Assembly (NCBI RefSeq): GCF_023055435.1
Contig: NW_025963890.1
Span: 4,712,001 to 4,776,000 of the forward strand
Length of the DNA: 64,000 bases
Direction: 5' to 3'
Source: Haliotis rufescens
Lineage: Eukaryota
Below the pieces are notes generated by a model. It worked only from the letters and a program-made list of their open reading frames with translations. It made no database searches and was not told the origin of the DNA. Made by a program: the position numbers and the translations under genes. Of this stretch, positions 11,651 through 24,200 are shown piece by piece. The stretch's first letter is position 1; every line of letters begins with the position of its first letter.

Positions 11651-14600
11651 TGTAATCGAATCCAAAATCAAGCGCATGCTTGTTTTGCCAGTTAGTGTAT
11701 TATTCAGTGATTCAAATGTATTACCGTTCTCTGTCGAGCTATCTTCATGAGTAAATCTAGAAAACGGTCGTTAGTGGAATATACAGGACGTCAAATGGAA
11801 GTGTCGAAATGTCTGCATATCAAACACAAACAGATTTCAAAATAAATCCCCGTTCGAATACGTCTAAATTTTCTTTGGAGATTATACCGTGTTTTCATTA
11901 TTAGTACGCCGTTCTATACACTCCTAGAATAAACTGAAATGTCAATTTAATTTCCTTTGCCGCTCGTAATCGCAAGGAAATAGATCATCCTTTCTCGTCG
12001 CTTCAACGTTCTCATCAACGCTTCATTTGTAAACTTATCATACCAAATAAAAACGAATAAAAAACACAGCGTCCAATCTGATCCGATTTAAACATATTTA
12101 CAGAAATCAGGCTCCTACACAGGGCTTCCGACATTTCTCGCTGTGCGGATATTACACACATTCTGATAATAAGGAAATATGAAACTCGATCTGCTAGCTG
12201 TAAATAATTAACGGGATTTCTCAAAAACAAACTCCGTTTGATCCTGCTAGACGATTATTTAGCCTGGAGATGTCTCCTATTTTCGCCACTTGGTGAATCC
12301 GAGTAGTGTTTATCTGCTATATAAACAAATCTACCCATTTCTTTGGTTTCCTGAAAGCGAACAAATTCTCATTTGTCAAACGATATCGTCCTTATCATCC
12401 TATATTTCTGATTCGCTTGAGACACCCCAGCGCGATGGTGCCAAAAGTCAGTCCGTCTAGATGCAAATTAACAATCAGTGAAGCTTTTATCATTGCTTTC
12501 GCCCCTCGCTCCTCCGTTTTTGTCTCAAATACTGTTATTCTAGCATGAGTTTGTCAAAACTGGAGGCAAAAACGACAAAATATCCTAACTCTGGCGTACC
12601 ACTTTAGCAAAGGCCTCAACGCTTATCTTGACGTCACTGTGGGCCTATCTGCAACCCTGAAACATTTCATAGCGGTACGATATGCTTTGTCACTTGCAAC
12701 ACCATCATTAGCTCCCCTCTCACGACCCAACTATTAAATACCGGTTTTGAAAGAAAATCACCCCCATTATAACGCGCAAGTAGCGTAGTCTTAACATAAT
12801 CTTCTTTGGTTTCAATTAAACAGGCAAGTTTGATATCTAATACATGTAACTAGTTACGATCTACCTAACTAGCCACAAGACGTCTGGATAGCTAAGTACT
12901 TGTGTTAGTCTGAAAGTGTTTCTATTTTCATTCCCGAATTAGATGATGAATATCAGAGTACACACCAAGGCCTATATTTATATCATATGTATCGAAAATA
13001 TACATACCAGCGTTAGACAGTTACGGTCAAACAACATTGGTGGATGTTAAATAATACATGTAGACCAAGTATAAAATATAACTGTACATCTAACACATTT
13101 ATATTCATGTTCATACGAGAACACCTGATTTATGCAAATTTTGTTAACTTCTTTCCATCTTTCGACTGTGATAATGTTGAGTTTATTTTTATAATTTCTG
13201 TTTAAGTTTAATATACCAGTGCACGTAACAAATATTATTTTATTTATATTCACAAGGAACACATTATTAGAGCTAATACAGATTTTGTTAAGTTATTGTT
13301 ATCTTTCGACTGTGATACTGATCACAACTTCAGTTTAAGAATATATACAAATATTTCAAGAGAATGTTAAAAGTAAATTATTCTTATTAAAGCCCCATCA
13401 TCACGTATACTCTAATATGATACATCATGATATCTATTAGAACCACTTTAATCGTTAAATCGTTAAATATCTTATGAAATAATTCAGTATACTTCATATG
13501 TGTACGACTGCAAACGGCTCGGATAAACGCTAGCGATCACTGTGTCGTAGTTTGCTCATAAGTGAATAAAACGTTGTTTTGCGAAGTTATTTATCTTTTG
13601 AGCTGAGTCGTTCAAACGACCTTCACAAGATAAGAATGACAGGATCAAGTGTTAAAAGTCATCGGATTATGACACAGACTGGTCGTATTTCCGCCTATTT
13701 AGGAGAAAACGAAGTAAGAAGAATGAGCGTACTGATGATCAAATACTACATTAACAGGGCTAGACCGGAACTCCTGTACCGGAAGTTGACGTGACCTCTA
13801 TCGGCCAATGTGTGCAAGGTGATACCCATTATCTAAACGTGTGTTTTGATGGTGTTTTCTTGCTTCCAGTAAGAGAAATACTGACACAGTAAGGGGTAGA
13901 AATATACAGTGAAACTATCTCTTGGCTTGTAAATGAAGACAAAGAAATCGGGGGAATTTCGATATTTCGATAGACTTTGTTTACACTACGTCAGATATAT
14001 TTGGCTCCGAGGCTAAAGCCTGTCTATTACTGGTGTGCATTTCCAAATTTGTTGTCAGCAATCACAAGTTATAAACTTGCCTTGTAGATTAATAGGAAGG
14101 TTACATTTCACCCACTGGAATCAGACTGATCCCGACAACATGGTTTTGTTATCCTAAGGATTTTGAATCTTGGTTTTGTTTTCATGCTAAACAATGGTTC
14201 CAAATCCATTCGGTACTTGTTATTTATTTTTGGGCAGTTTTGTTCCTTTCATGTGATTACACATACCTCTTAATACAAGAGTTTTAACAGACGCTTCGCA
14301 ATATTCCGTATCGTGAAAATGGCTTAACAAAGGAAAACATTTCAAATTGTAAATTAGAAAGATCAAACTAACGAAAATATACGAGAAAGATGGAAATTAA
14401 AAGCTTTAGAAAGCCACACAGAGGGTCTTTGTTGTGAGTGAAGGGCCCGCCCAGTTTAATTGGATGTTAGATTTGTACTTATTCTCGGGGGTCATTCCGC
14501 CCATGAATAATGGCATAGATTTCAATCAAAATTTGATTTATCATTACTGTAGATTTTTCTGGACTTATATCAACAGTTCAAAGTACAAAAGTTGCTTTCA

Positions 14601-15407
14601 ATTTTCAAACCATATGTATATATTTGACAGGGGACTAATGGAAGATATCTATATTATGGACGTTTGGAGTATAGACTTAAGCACACTGATTGTTATTGAA
14701 CACGGGTGATTTGGTGCTGATCCGACACTGCGTGGCTTGTCCCAAGATCCACGCGTACGGCCTGTCTGAAAAAAATTATCCACTGCTAAGGTTACATACG
14801 ACGAATGTCTTTGAGCGAGTTGCTATAAATTGTTCAAGGATGTGAGCCACCCACGATAGAGCTTTGTTCGTCATGTACGCGGTCGTGAAATCAACACTTG
14901 TTAATAGCATGCACATTTCAAATCCGTACCAACTCGTAACTCATTTCGTAATTTTCAGCAGAGAATGTTTGGGCCCCCTCGCCCCTTCTGTTGATCTTTG
15001 ATTTAAGACAATACCCATTGGCGTCGAAATTGCCAGAAAAGGGGCCACTTTCACAAGATTGGGATTGATGGGTTGCCGTCGTCATTAGAAGGTAATACAC
15101 GGACACACACATACAGCGCCTATGTGAGGTTTCACCGGAACTATGTCTGTATATGATACTCTGAAATGAACACCATAAACAAAGCCTTGTATTTTCCCAC
15201 TGAGAGACTCTCATATTGCGAATACCGTTACCGCGTTACCGGCAACGATAGCGGTAATTGAGATAATATTTTGCCTAAAGAGCTTCTCGTTCTCGCCGAA
15301 ATGTCGACTGTCTGGAATGACCACCACTGCCAATTAAGACTATAACACTCCTTAACGCCCAATGACGCCCGCACTCCTTGACAAAGATGCACCCTCCACA
15401 TCCCGGA

Positions 15408-15683
15408 GTGAGTGAGTTTGATTTAACGCCGCTTTTAACAGTATTCCAGTTATATCACGGCGTGTCAGCTTAATGTGGGAGGAAAGCCCAAAGTGATGCA
15501 GGTCTCAGACGTTTACCACTTCGGTGAAACCCACGAGCACGGGTATGGTGCTGACAAACCTAGAAACATAATTGGGGCGAACCGGGATTCGAACCCACAA
15601 TCATAGGTTTCTTGCGTGCCCAAGGGACGCAACTCTGCACAGCGAATCGCGGCGCCTAAAACGACTGGGCCACCCGTGCCCCC
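15408..15683 (-). mobile_element. SINE family C, full length
   Basis: TSD acatcccggagtga on both sides; a decayed C-like tail follows at about 15708-15830. Confidence 0.93.
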
Positions 15684-15918
15684 ACATCCCGGAGTGATGT
15701 CGGAATAGTGAGTGAGTTGTGCTTAACGCTGCTCTGAACATTACTTTAGCGATATCACGCGTACGGCTTGTCAGTTTGACGTGAAAGGAAAACCGGGAGT
15801 GGTGATGGTCTTAGACTGTCTGCTTGCGGCCAATGTTCAGTACAGGCTCTTCAAATTTGCTGGGATTGCAACTGACCTGAACCTCGTTCTGTACAGTATA
15901 ATACTATCTAATAAGTAT

Positions 15919-15977
15919 TGTTTATCCCACTGACATAACATTGAGACAGTCTCAATGTTATGTCAGTGGGATAAACA
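15919..15977. repeat. Perfect 59-bp palindrome (29-bp arms, 1-nt centre)
   Basis: tgtttatcccactgacataacattgagac-a-gtctcaatgttatgtcagtgggataaaca. Confidence 0.95.
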
Positions 15978-16631
15978 CCAGTGTTCGTGCGATTAAATGG
16001 CAGATATATATAATAGACAGAGGCCCAGTCAACGACGTCGCCGGTAATGAAGTCATTATTTGCGCCAGACGTTCATGATGGAGCCGACAGCCCTCGGACT
16101 CATTCACAAGACAGTCAGTCAAGAACGTAATTCCGTCGGACCCACAAGTTATGCCGTCTCATACATTGTGAACATAATATGGTGGTTTAATCATTCAGAA
16201 ATACGGATCGTTATGTAAATGCCGGGCAAAAGAAAGCATTTGTTACTCTTGCAGTTTGAAGACTTACATATCCATGTATATTGTCAAGGTACATTCGTAA
16301 TTAATTGTCTTTCAAAATGAAATTTAATATGATACTTTGAGGGAATTTATAATTCATAAAAAATTCATAATTCATTCATGATATTCATGCCAGCGATTGA
16401 AGACAATTGCAAGTTACGAGGCTCATTTCATTTTTAGCCTCCATGAAACATGCATGGGCGTTATTCTTTTTTACCAGGCAGTTTAGCTTACTAATACTGT
16501 AAATACCATTTAACCAATGCATTTCTCTATGTCTTACCCACCCAATAAACAGACCCCTTTCCTACTGCATTTGCTGTGCAGCAGCAATAAATACACTGAT
16601 AATATTACAAATTTGATAATTGACTTGACTA

Positions 16632-16781
16632 CAATAAAATCTCGTTTATTCCGCATGCATTCGTCCGGATAAACAAATTTGGATAATGAATTGTCGTTGA
16701 GGAGAAAATGAGTATTTGAAGACGTTCCAGACTAACGTCAGTTTTCCGGGTAAACGGGGTTCGGACTATCGGCTTTTACAG
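16632..16781. mobile_element. Decayed TA-flanked MITE (Tc1/mariner/pogo-like)
   Basis: ta|caataaaatctcgtttattccg ... cggactatcggcttttacag|ta: imperfect terminal inverted repeats with internal ccggataaac-like subrepeats. Confidence 0.45.
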
Positions 16782-19122
16782 TATTGCGAATAAAAGCATT
16801 GCAACAGTTTATACATATTAGCAACGATTATATTCCGAAACGGCGCTTGCCTACCCATACTACAGAATTTGACAACACTTTGTTCATATATACATACTTC
16901 TAAATACCTCCATGTATATGTATCAAATGTGTATTAATGCTGTACATCATCACCCTCTCTACACCGTCCATCTCTTTAAACCATCATTACCCAGGTTCAC
17001 AATATACCGAGAAGAACATCAGCTGGATTATGCATATCAAAATGTATTACTGAATGTATTTAAAATGTACGTACATGTATGTGTATTGTTACTTTACAAG
17101 GAAATCACAACTTTAAATACTGTTTGATAATTGAATGTATTGATAATATGATACCCAATGCAAAATAATATTTACCCGAGAACAGCACAACTACATCTAA
17201 CTAGACGCACGTATATACACATACATGAACCGCCTGAGTTCACAGTCTCTGCATTTCCGTGAAGGTTTGGGAAAGGTCAGAGATCTCCCAAGTGGCAGAC
17301 GAAGTCACGCAAGATCTCGTTCGGTACATCTGTTGTCTCGTGAGAACAAGAGATACATCTTCCACTTCCGCTGATAGTCTTGTTTGTCACGTGCTGATAT
17401 TGTACACACTGATACGTTATCCTCGTAAACACATCCTTCTGCTGGGAATTAAAAACTGGTAACATCAAATCATCTAAGGTATAAATGTCAAAGCACTACG
17501 CAACAATCGTAAATATACATGTAACTGCGTGTAAAAAATTCAATTATTGTTTCCTTTTACATGTGTAGTTTTCATGACAATGAAACTCTTTTAAGTCGAA
17601 GTCTTGAGAAGAATGTTAGAAACTGCCGGGAAAAAGAAACAAAACTCCCATGTTAGATGGTGACTAAATATGAAACATAAAATGGTTAATATTCGATGGT
17701 GATGTACGCGTGTCGTTGTACATGTGGTGTTTTGGGCCTTTAGTTTGCAGTGTTTCGCGACTTCAGAGGAGAAACGTTTAGATGACGATAGTTCATTTTT
17801 ATCAAATCCAATTTTCAAGTGTATACTTTCTTTTGCCCGTCAGTTATGCTCGAGATTCTGCGAGGACAATAGCCAGTAACGGCACCATAGAGTACATTTT
17901 CATATAATAACTGGATTCGATTAATTGATATAACATTATTTCGAATTAATATCTTGAATTTTCTCGGATCCAATCATCGTCTTATGGTTGAAACAGGCAG
18001 ATATCATAATAAACCAAGACATGAACGTTTCTGTCCCCTCTGTGTTGTAGTGAGCGAGTGAGTGAGTATGGTTTTACGCCGCTTTTAGCAATATTCCAGC
18101 AATATCACGGCGGGTTCTGTGTTGTAAGTGCTATCGAAGATGAGTGTCACTTTTGTATGGTGTGTCCGTTCTATCTTGATCTGCGGTCTAATCTCATACC
18201 CAATTATTATCACATGTTTCCAAGTCGTGAGAAAATGTTCTTATTATTCAGCTCCACTAATCAAAGTATTTGCAACAATTTAGCAAAATATGTATTTCTT
18301 GCTGGTAAGAAACGTAATTCCATTTTCAAGGGAATACCTGTGTCATATAATTAACCCCAATATTAACAGTTTGAACACTGCATTGTAAATCTTATAATTC
18401 AGCGCTCTGTCATATTTGTATGCCATCATACTCTGCACGTGTATAATGGGCCGGTGGCCTCATTACCTGAATATAAGCATCACCATTAAGATTTATTTAT
18501 TACAAATTATCAATTCAGCTTGACGCCTGTCTGAACAGTGCTTGTTTTATATCAAGGATGGTTATCAAATTGTTGAAACCCATGATCCCAGACCAAGGAT
18601 CATAATTGGTGCAAATCTGGGATTCGAACCCACAACTTTTAATTTCAACCCGTGATACTTCGTCTTAGACAAGTTGTGGTTACAATAATCTTTTTATATA
18701 TGGGTGTCTCTTGTGATATTGTAGTAGTGTTCAAATACATGTTTGTCTAAATACTCTTTTTTCCTGTGAAACAATGGACGTGGTGATGTCTCTGAGCGAA
18801 CGTGTTGCAAGATGGTTGCGGTTATGACGGTGTACTACTCCAGACATATACAACCTATGCTTGTCGCGAGTGGCGACAATACGGTTCGGGTGGTCAGGCT
18901 CGGTAGCACGGTTGATGTTAGTGTCGCACCCAGGGTACATTGCTCATAATTACCCGGTTATTGAGTGTGACATTGGCCTATTCTATAAATTTTGGTCAAC
19001 TTGCCATCATCTATTTAGATGATTAATCAACTATATACTGGAATGTCACATTTTATCAAATAAATGTAAAATGATTAAAACATTTTTTTTATAAAAAATT
19101 TAAAAAAATAATTACCCGGTTA

Positions 19123-19410
19123 ATATACCCCAGACCTATATAGTTATACCAGGGTTCCGTCCGTCCGTCCGTCCGAAAACTTTGTCAGCGCGATTTCTTT
19201 TAAACTATTCAGTGGATTCATCTCAAACTTAGTACATATAATCTGTGTCATATGGAGGGATGCAGTCAAAAGAAAAAAAATGTTTTTATTAATTTTCCAT
19301 TTTTTTAATGAATTTTTAAAACCCTAACCCTATCCATTATTTAATTTGAAACTACTGACACACTAGGACGGTCGGGGGTATTAGTGAACCACGCTCACTT
19401 CTGCCCTTGT
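19123..19410 (+). mobile_element. Non-autonomous Helentron/HINE (DINE-1-like) element inserted in a family B copy
   Basis: Subterminal inverted repeats ataccccagacc (19125-19136) and ggtcgggggtat (19370-19381), (TCCG)5 microsatellite, 3' hairpin agtgaaccacgctcact, ends at a T-run. Family B sequence lies at 18852-18948 and resumes at about 19408-19473. Confidence 0.75.
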
Positions 19411-19553
19411 TTACAGACCGTCGTTATATAGCTGGAATATTACTGAATACGATGTTAAACTACAAACAAACAATCGAAAGGGTACAATGTGTGATTCCCA
19501 TGTACCTTTCTCTCAGGCCACGGCATTGCTGGACAACGGCCAAGAGAGCTTTT

Positions 19554-19817
19554 GTTTTGTTTGTTTGCTGGTTAACGCAGCACTCACAGCTATTACAGCT
19601 ATATGAATGCGGTCTGTAAATAATCGAGTCTGGATAATCCAGTGATTGACATCATGAACATCGATCCACCCAACTTGTTACGATGACATGCATCAATCAA
19701 GTCAGGGAGCCTGACCACACGATCCCGTTAGCCGCCTCTTACGACATGCATAATCACCTTTTACGGCAAGCATGGGTTGCTGACGACATACATGTATCCT
19801 ACCCCGGATCGTCACGA
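19554..19817 (-). mobile_element. Retroposon family B copy
   Basis: Reverse complement aligns along the length of 30742-31000. Confidence 0.88.
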
Positions 19818-20524
19818 AGAGCCATTAGAGCTGAGTAAACCATACTCTCTCATAATACGTAGCTGTTCAATGTTGAATGCGAAACAATGACCCTCACGCT
19901 CAACAATATCCTCTGACACCCCCCGCCCCTCCCTAACTTTCATTAACCCATCAATCGTCCTAGTAGTCACCACCCCCAGCCCTGTTTTCACTTGTCAACT
20001 GTTTGAATCCAAGTGTTCTCTCACAAAGGCCCTGCACGCTCTCGCCCCGCGCAACCTCCTGTAGTGCAGTGTATTGTTTGCATAGACGCATCCACACCGT
20101 GCCGGCATATTCCTACACAATGTGGCTACCTTATGCCGATCAACAAGCAGCAAGCTTTACAGGGCGAGCAATAAACTGGAGTATTTTTCTCAGCATATAC
20201 GATATATTTTATACATCTTTCATCCCTTGAAGCGCCCCCAGGCCTCGCAAAAACAAACATCAACAGGAAGAACACGTCGGAGTAACTCTCTCAGCTCCTT
20301 ACAGCGTCATCGCTCATCTACGTTAAAGGGGAATAACTCTAGTAGACCGACTTTAAACAGGTTCATGAGTGCACACGGACATCTAACTGCACGTGCTTCG
20401 TCTTTCTCTGGATAATCAATGAATTTACTGACATATAATGGCCATGTATTCGAAAAAGATTGCAATAAAAAGGAAAACGTAACAGTAACTTATTTTATTG
20501 CTTAACATTATATTGGTTTTTTTT

Positions 20525-20748
20525 GTGTTTGTTGGTTAACGCCTCACTCAGCAATACTTCAGTAATATCAACGGTCTTTAAATAATCGAGTCTGGACAAA
20601 AGAATCCAGTGATTGGAATGAGCATTGATCTTCCCAATTGGGATACCATAACACGCATCAACCAAGTCAGCGAGCCTGACCACCCGATCCAGTTAGTATC
20701 CCCATCCGAGCATGGGATGAAGACCTATTCTAACCCGATCTTCACAAG
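20525..20748 (-). mobile_element. Retroposon family B copy with internal deletion
   Basis: caaccaagtcagcgagcctgaccacccgatcc...cctattctaacccgatcttcac. Other B fragments lie at about 8370-8516, 22064-22172 and 35345-35450. Confidence 0.85.
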
Positions 20749-21524
20749 TCTACAGCTGTACATTATATTTTACCCGATGGTTTTTCCTAGGCATAACACG
20801 TGGTTGATCCCCTATGCATGACATGGTGTTGGTCTAATAAGACTACACATGCGTAGATTTAAAAAACATTACTGAAAATAGTTGACCCCTCTTTCTTTAT
20901 CTTAAGATAATGATTAAAGCTATAACGTTCAATAAAAGAGTTTCTTCTGAATGGGCCCTACAAAACTAGCTATAGTTTCCTACATGGAGGTGACCTTCAC
21001 ATTCCAGATCATTTAATCGTTATTTCAAACAACGTTTGAGTTAGTGAGTTTGGTTTAACGCCGCTTTGAACATTATGACAGTTGTACAATTGCGGGTCAG
21101 CTTATTCTAAGAATTGGAAATGACGTAGATGTAAAGTACACGATGTTGCTTAAAATCGGGACAAATCTGGATTTCCGACTCGTGACCATGAAACTGTAAA
21201 AGGAAGTCATCAAACGATATAAAAAAGCCGGAAGACTTAAATTAGCACGTCACCTTAAACTATAATGCCCTTTCTGAATGCTATTACTGACAAATTTGAA
21301 GATACTACACTAAGGATGTATGAGAAAAAAAGAAACGCCAAACCTAACATGATAAAGTAAGCCTCGTTTGGGGATAAAGCAGCGTTTGGAAAGAACGCTC
21401 GATGACAGCCTTTATCTGAACATCGATGCATGGCTGACTGCGACGCCTCAGCAACGTGGGCGAACAGTGACTTCTTTTAATACAACGACTTTGTAATTAA
21501 CATTAATGTAGTTCTACTGGCAAG

Positions 21525-21700
21525 AGGGGCGGTCGGGTAGCCTAGTGGTTAAAGCGTTCGCTCGTCACGCCGAAGACCCAGGTTCGATTTTCCCGACATG
21601 GGTACAATGTGTGAAGCCCATTTCTGGTGTCCCCCGCCGTGATATTGCTGGAATATATCTAAAAGCGGCTAGAACCATACTCACTCACTCACTCACTCGC
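21525..21700 (+). mobile_element. SINE family A, full length
   Basis: A box tagcctagtgg, GTC anticodon-like loop, B box ggttcgatt; TSD tctactggcaag at 21513-21524 and 21701-21712. Confidence 0.93.
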
Positions 21701-22252
21701 TCTACTGGCAAGCACACATCTACATCAGCCTGTCCTGACCTAACCAGGCTGATCTGATCGAAAACAACCCGTACATGCAAATAAAGGTGAAATTATTTTT
21801 AGTAAACATTGAGCTATATTAGAACGACAGGCACAAGAAGGACCTCACAAGTTTAAGCCTGTGGACGCGACACTAGGTGCCTCTGTTGAGGCAACAAAAA
21901 GAAGAACAAAATTAAATCTAAATATCAATATCAATATCAATATTTCATCACTGGTATTCACTCAGAGTATGAGCTATTTATATTTGTCAAGAAAAAAATC
22001 AATATCGTCAGGTTTTCGACAATCACTACATAAACTGTTGAAGATAACAGAACCAGAATAGCTCCTGGCAGTGTCGTGCTTGTAACACGAGGCAACTAAC
22101 GGAGTAACGAGTGGTCAAGGCTGGAATATACATAGAATATAGTTAAGTGCGGAGTAAAACAACAAACAAACACATCGTATTATGACTACAAAAACACGAA
22201 ACTATAAACGACTGAACAAAATATAGCATAGGGTCCATATTTTATTATCGCT

Positions 22253-22253
<1 letters not shown>

Positions 22254-22299
<46 letters not shown>
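22254..22299. repeat. (GAT)n microsatellite
   Basis: About 15 perfect units. Confidence 0.95.
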
Positions 22300-22608
22300 C
22301 CTTTCTTCATCATAAAATAATCAATTACTGAAACAGGTTTCAAAATTGTATTTGGCCGATAAATGTCCAATATATTATTGGAAATATACATATACAGTGA
22401 TATGTGGAATAGAATCATGTTCCAATCTCTACACAGAATGAAGCTCGGTAACCAGGAACATGATACATTATTCAATGCCACCAGACAATAACGTTGTCTG
22501 AGGAGATGAGGATGCCTCTGATATAGATGTCAGAGTTTATTACATGTGTCTGCAGTACCGCGAACTATCGTTGTCAGGACCTGAGAAAAGTACGAATTAT
22601 ACTTATAG

Positions 22609-22958
22609 GTGAGGTGAAATTGGGTTTAACGTCGCGTCCAAGATTATTGCACTTATATAGCAACCTGCATGCACGTGTGTGTGTGTGTGGCTGCTTGTAC
22701 TAGTCCGGACTGATGCCGATTCATAGTGCCAGCACACTGAGATACCATGCCGCAGTTTAACATGAATACCCCACTCAGACGCAGTATGCTGACTCCGAGC
22801 CGACCAGTCCTTCTTTTAGCCCCTTAATGCCGAGCGCCAGACAGGGTAACAACAAGTACCATCTTTTAACGTCTTTTGGTATGACGCGGACGGGGATCGA
22901 ACCCCGGACCTTCCGCTCTCCGGGCGGACGCTCTACCATTAGACCACAGAGGCGGTCC
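22609..22958 (-). mobile_element. SINE family D (tRNA head, Meta-domain-like middle, CACCT tail), full length
   Basis: TSD tatacttatag at 22598-22608 and 22959-22969; B box gggttcgatccc followed by gtcataccaaaagac...atggtac...ctggcgctcggcatt. Confidence 0.92.
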
Positions 22959-24035
22959 TATACTTATAGCATAAAACAGTATAATACAGTATGAAACAAC
23001 ACGATATTCCATTTCTGAAGCGTATATTTAAGTCCTTTTTAATTCCATTACGGGTTATGCAAACATGTTTTTCATTAAACAGTAACTATGTGTGTAGTCT
23101 CAAACATAGCTACGCACATTATACTAATATATAACCACTTTTACGCTTCTTGAAATGTAATGGCATAATTTTTATCCATTTGAACCACAAATAATCACAT
23201 CTTTGAAATTCCCTTTGATGATATTCGGTCAAAAAGATGTTTTTATGACAACTTAATCTCATCCGGACCAACAGCACTGTGGGTAATTTTTGCCGGCTGT
23301 TGTCATCACCTCCCTCGCATATGACCCCGCCCCTTTCAGCACATCACGTGACCAGTTTCTGGCGGCCACATGTGACCGACCGGCACAGATGATGGTTTAT
23401 TTTTGCATTAGGAGCTCACATATTTTGCGTATATTTTTCCAAATCGTCGCCTGTCGAATGTACTGCCTAAACTCTTCAAGCAGGTGAAAGAGATTTCCTA
23501 GCTGGGCTAAATGATATGGTATTTACTTGAGTTTACACGGCCCTTTCTGCCTCCATTGTCTCAATTTACTGCAATTTGCTGCAGGTGAATGCCAATTACC
23601 GTAAAGACGGCTACTTGAGTCGCCCGCCGACGTCCATGGGTTAAGCTGTGGATGGAAGCTGGACTGCCCAACACGTGTGAATATTAAAAGAAAGAATTTG
23701 CTTTATAGACACATAACAGACATCTTTGCGGTTTGATGTACAAGCCAGGTAACACGACCCACATTCAACCAAACAGACAAACCAAGGGGTTTCATGTGGC
23801 CTCCACGTAAATATGTAGTACCAACTGGACTTTGTAAATTTGCTGGTACCTTGCTCTGCATCTGTGGACTAGAAGTGGTGGGGTTGGTTAGTGGGCTGCG
23901 CGTTTGTTCAACAGAACCACGGTCCGGGTTCGATAATATGTTTCAAATCTGTGACACAGCAGATACAACAGTACCTCAATAAACAGTAAGATGTTCTAGA
24001 TCACCACGTTTCTTTTCACATTTTGGCAAATAGAA

Positions 24036-24200
24036 TGAGTGAGTGAGTATATATTATGCCGCCTTTGGCACTATTCCAGCACTAAAACGACGGGGGACAC
24101 TAGAAATTGTCTTCACATATTGTACCAATATAAGAAATCGAACAAGGGTCTTCGTCGTGACGAGCGAAGGTTTTCACCACGAGGCTACCAAACCACCCCG
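24036..24200 (-). mobile_element. SINE family A, diverged copy
   Basis: Full-length reverse match with many substitutions. Confidence 0.85.

Noticed and set aside
11508-11750. Two similar ORFs (11508-11750 and 26089-26322) suggesting a gene family
   Set aside because: The similarity comes from repeat family E; other copies do not keep the frame.
13387-14273. Possible Kolobok-like element starting ttaaagcccc
   Set aside because: No matching right terminus could be identified.
21525-21600. tRNA gene candidates in SINE A, C and D heads
   Set aside because: No complete acceptor stem; each is followed by a SINE body and tail with TSDs.
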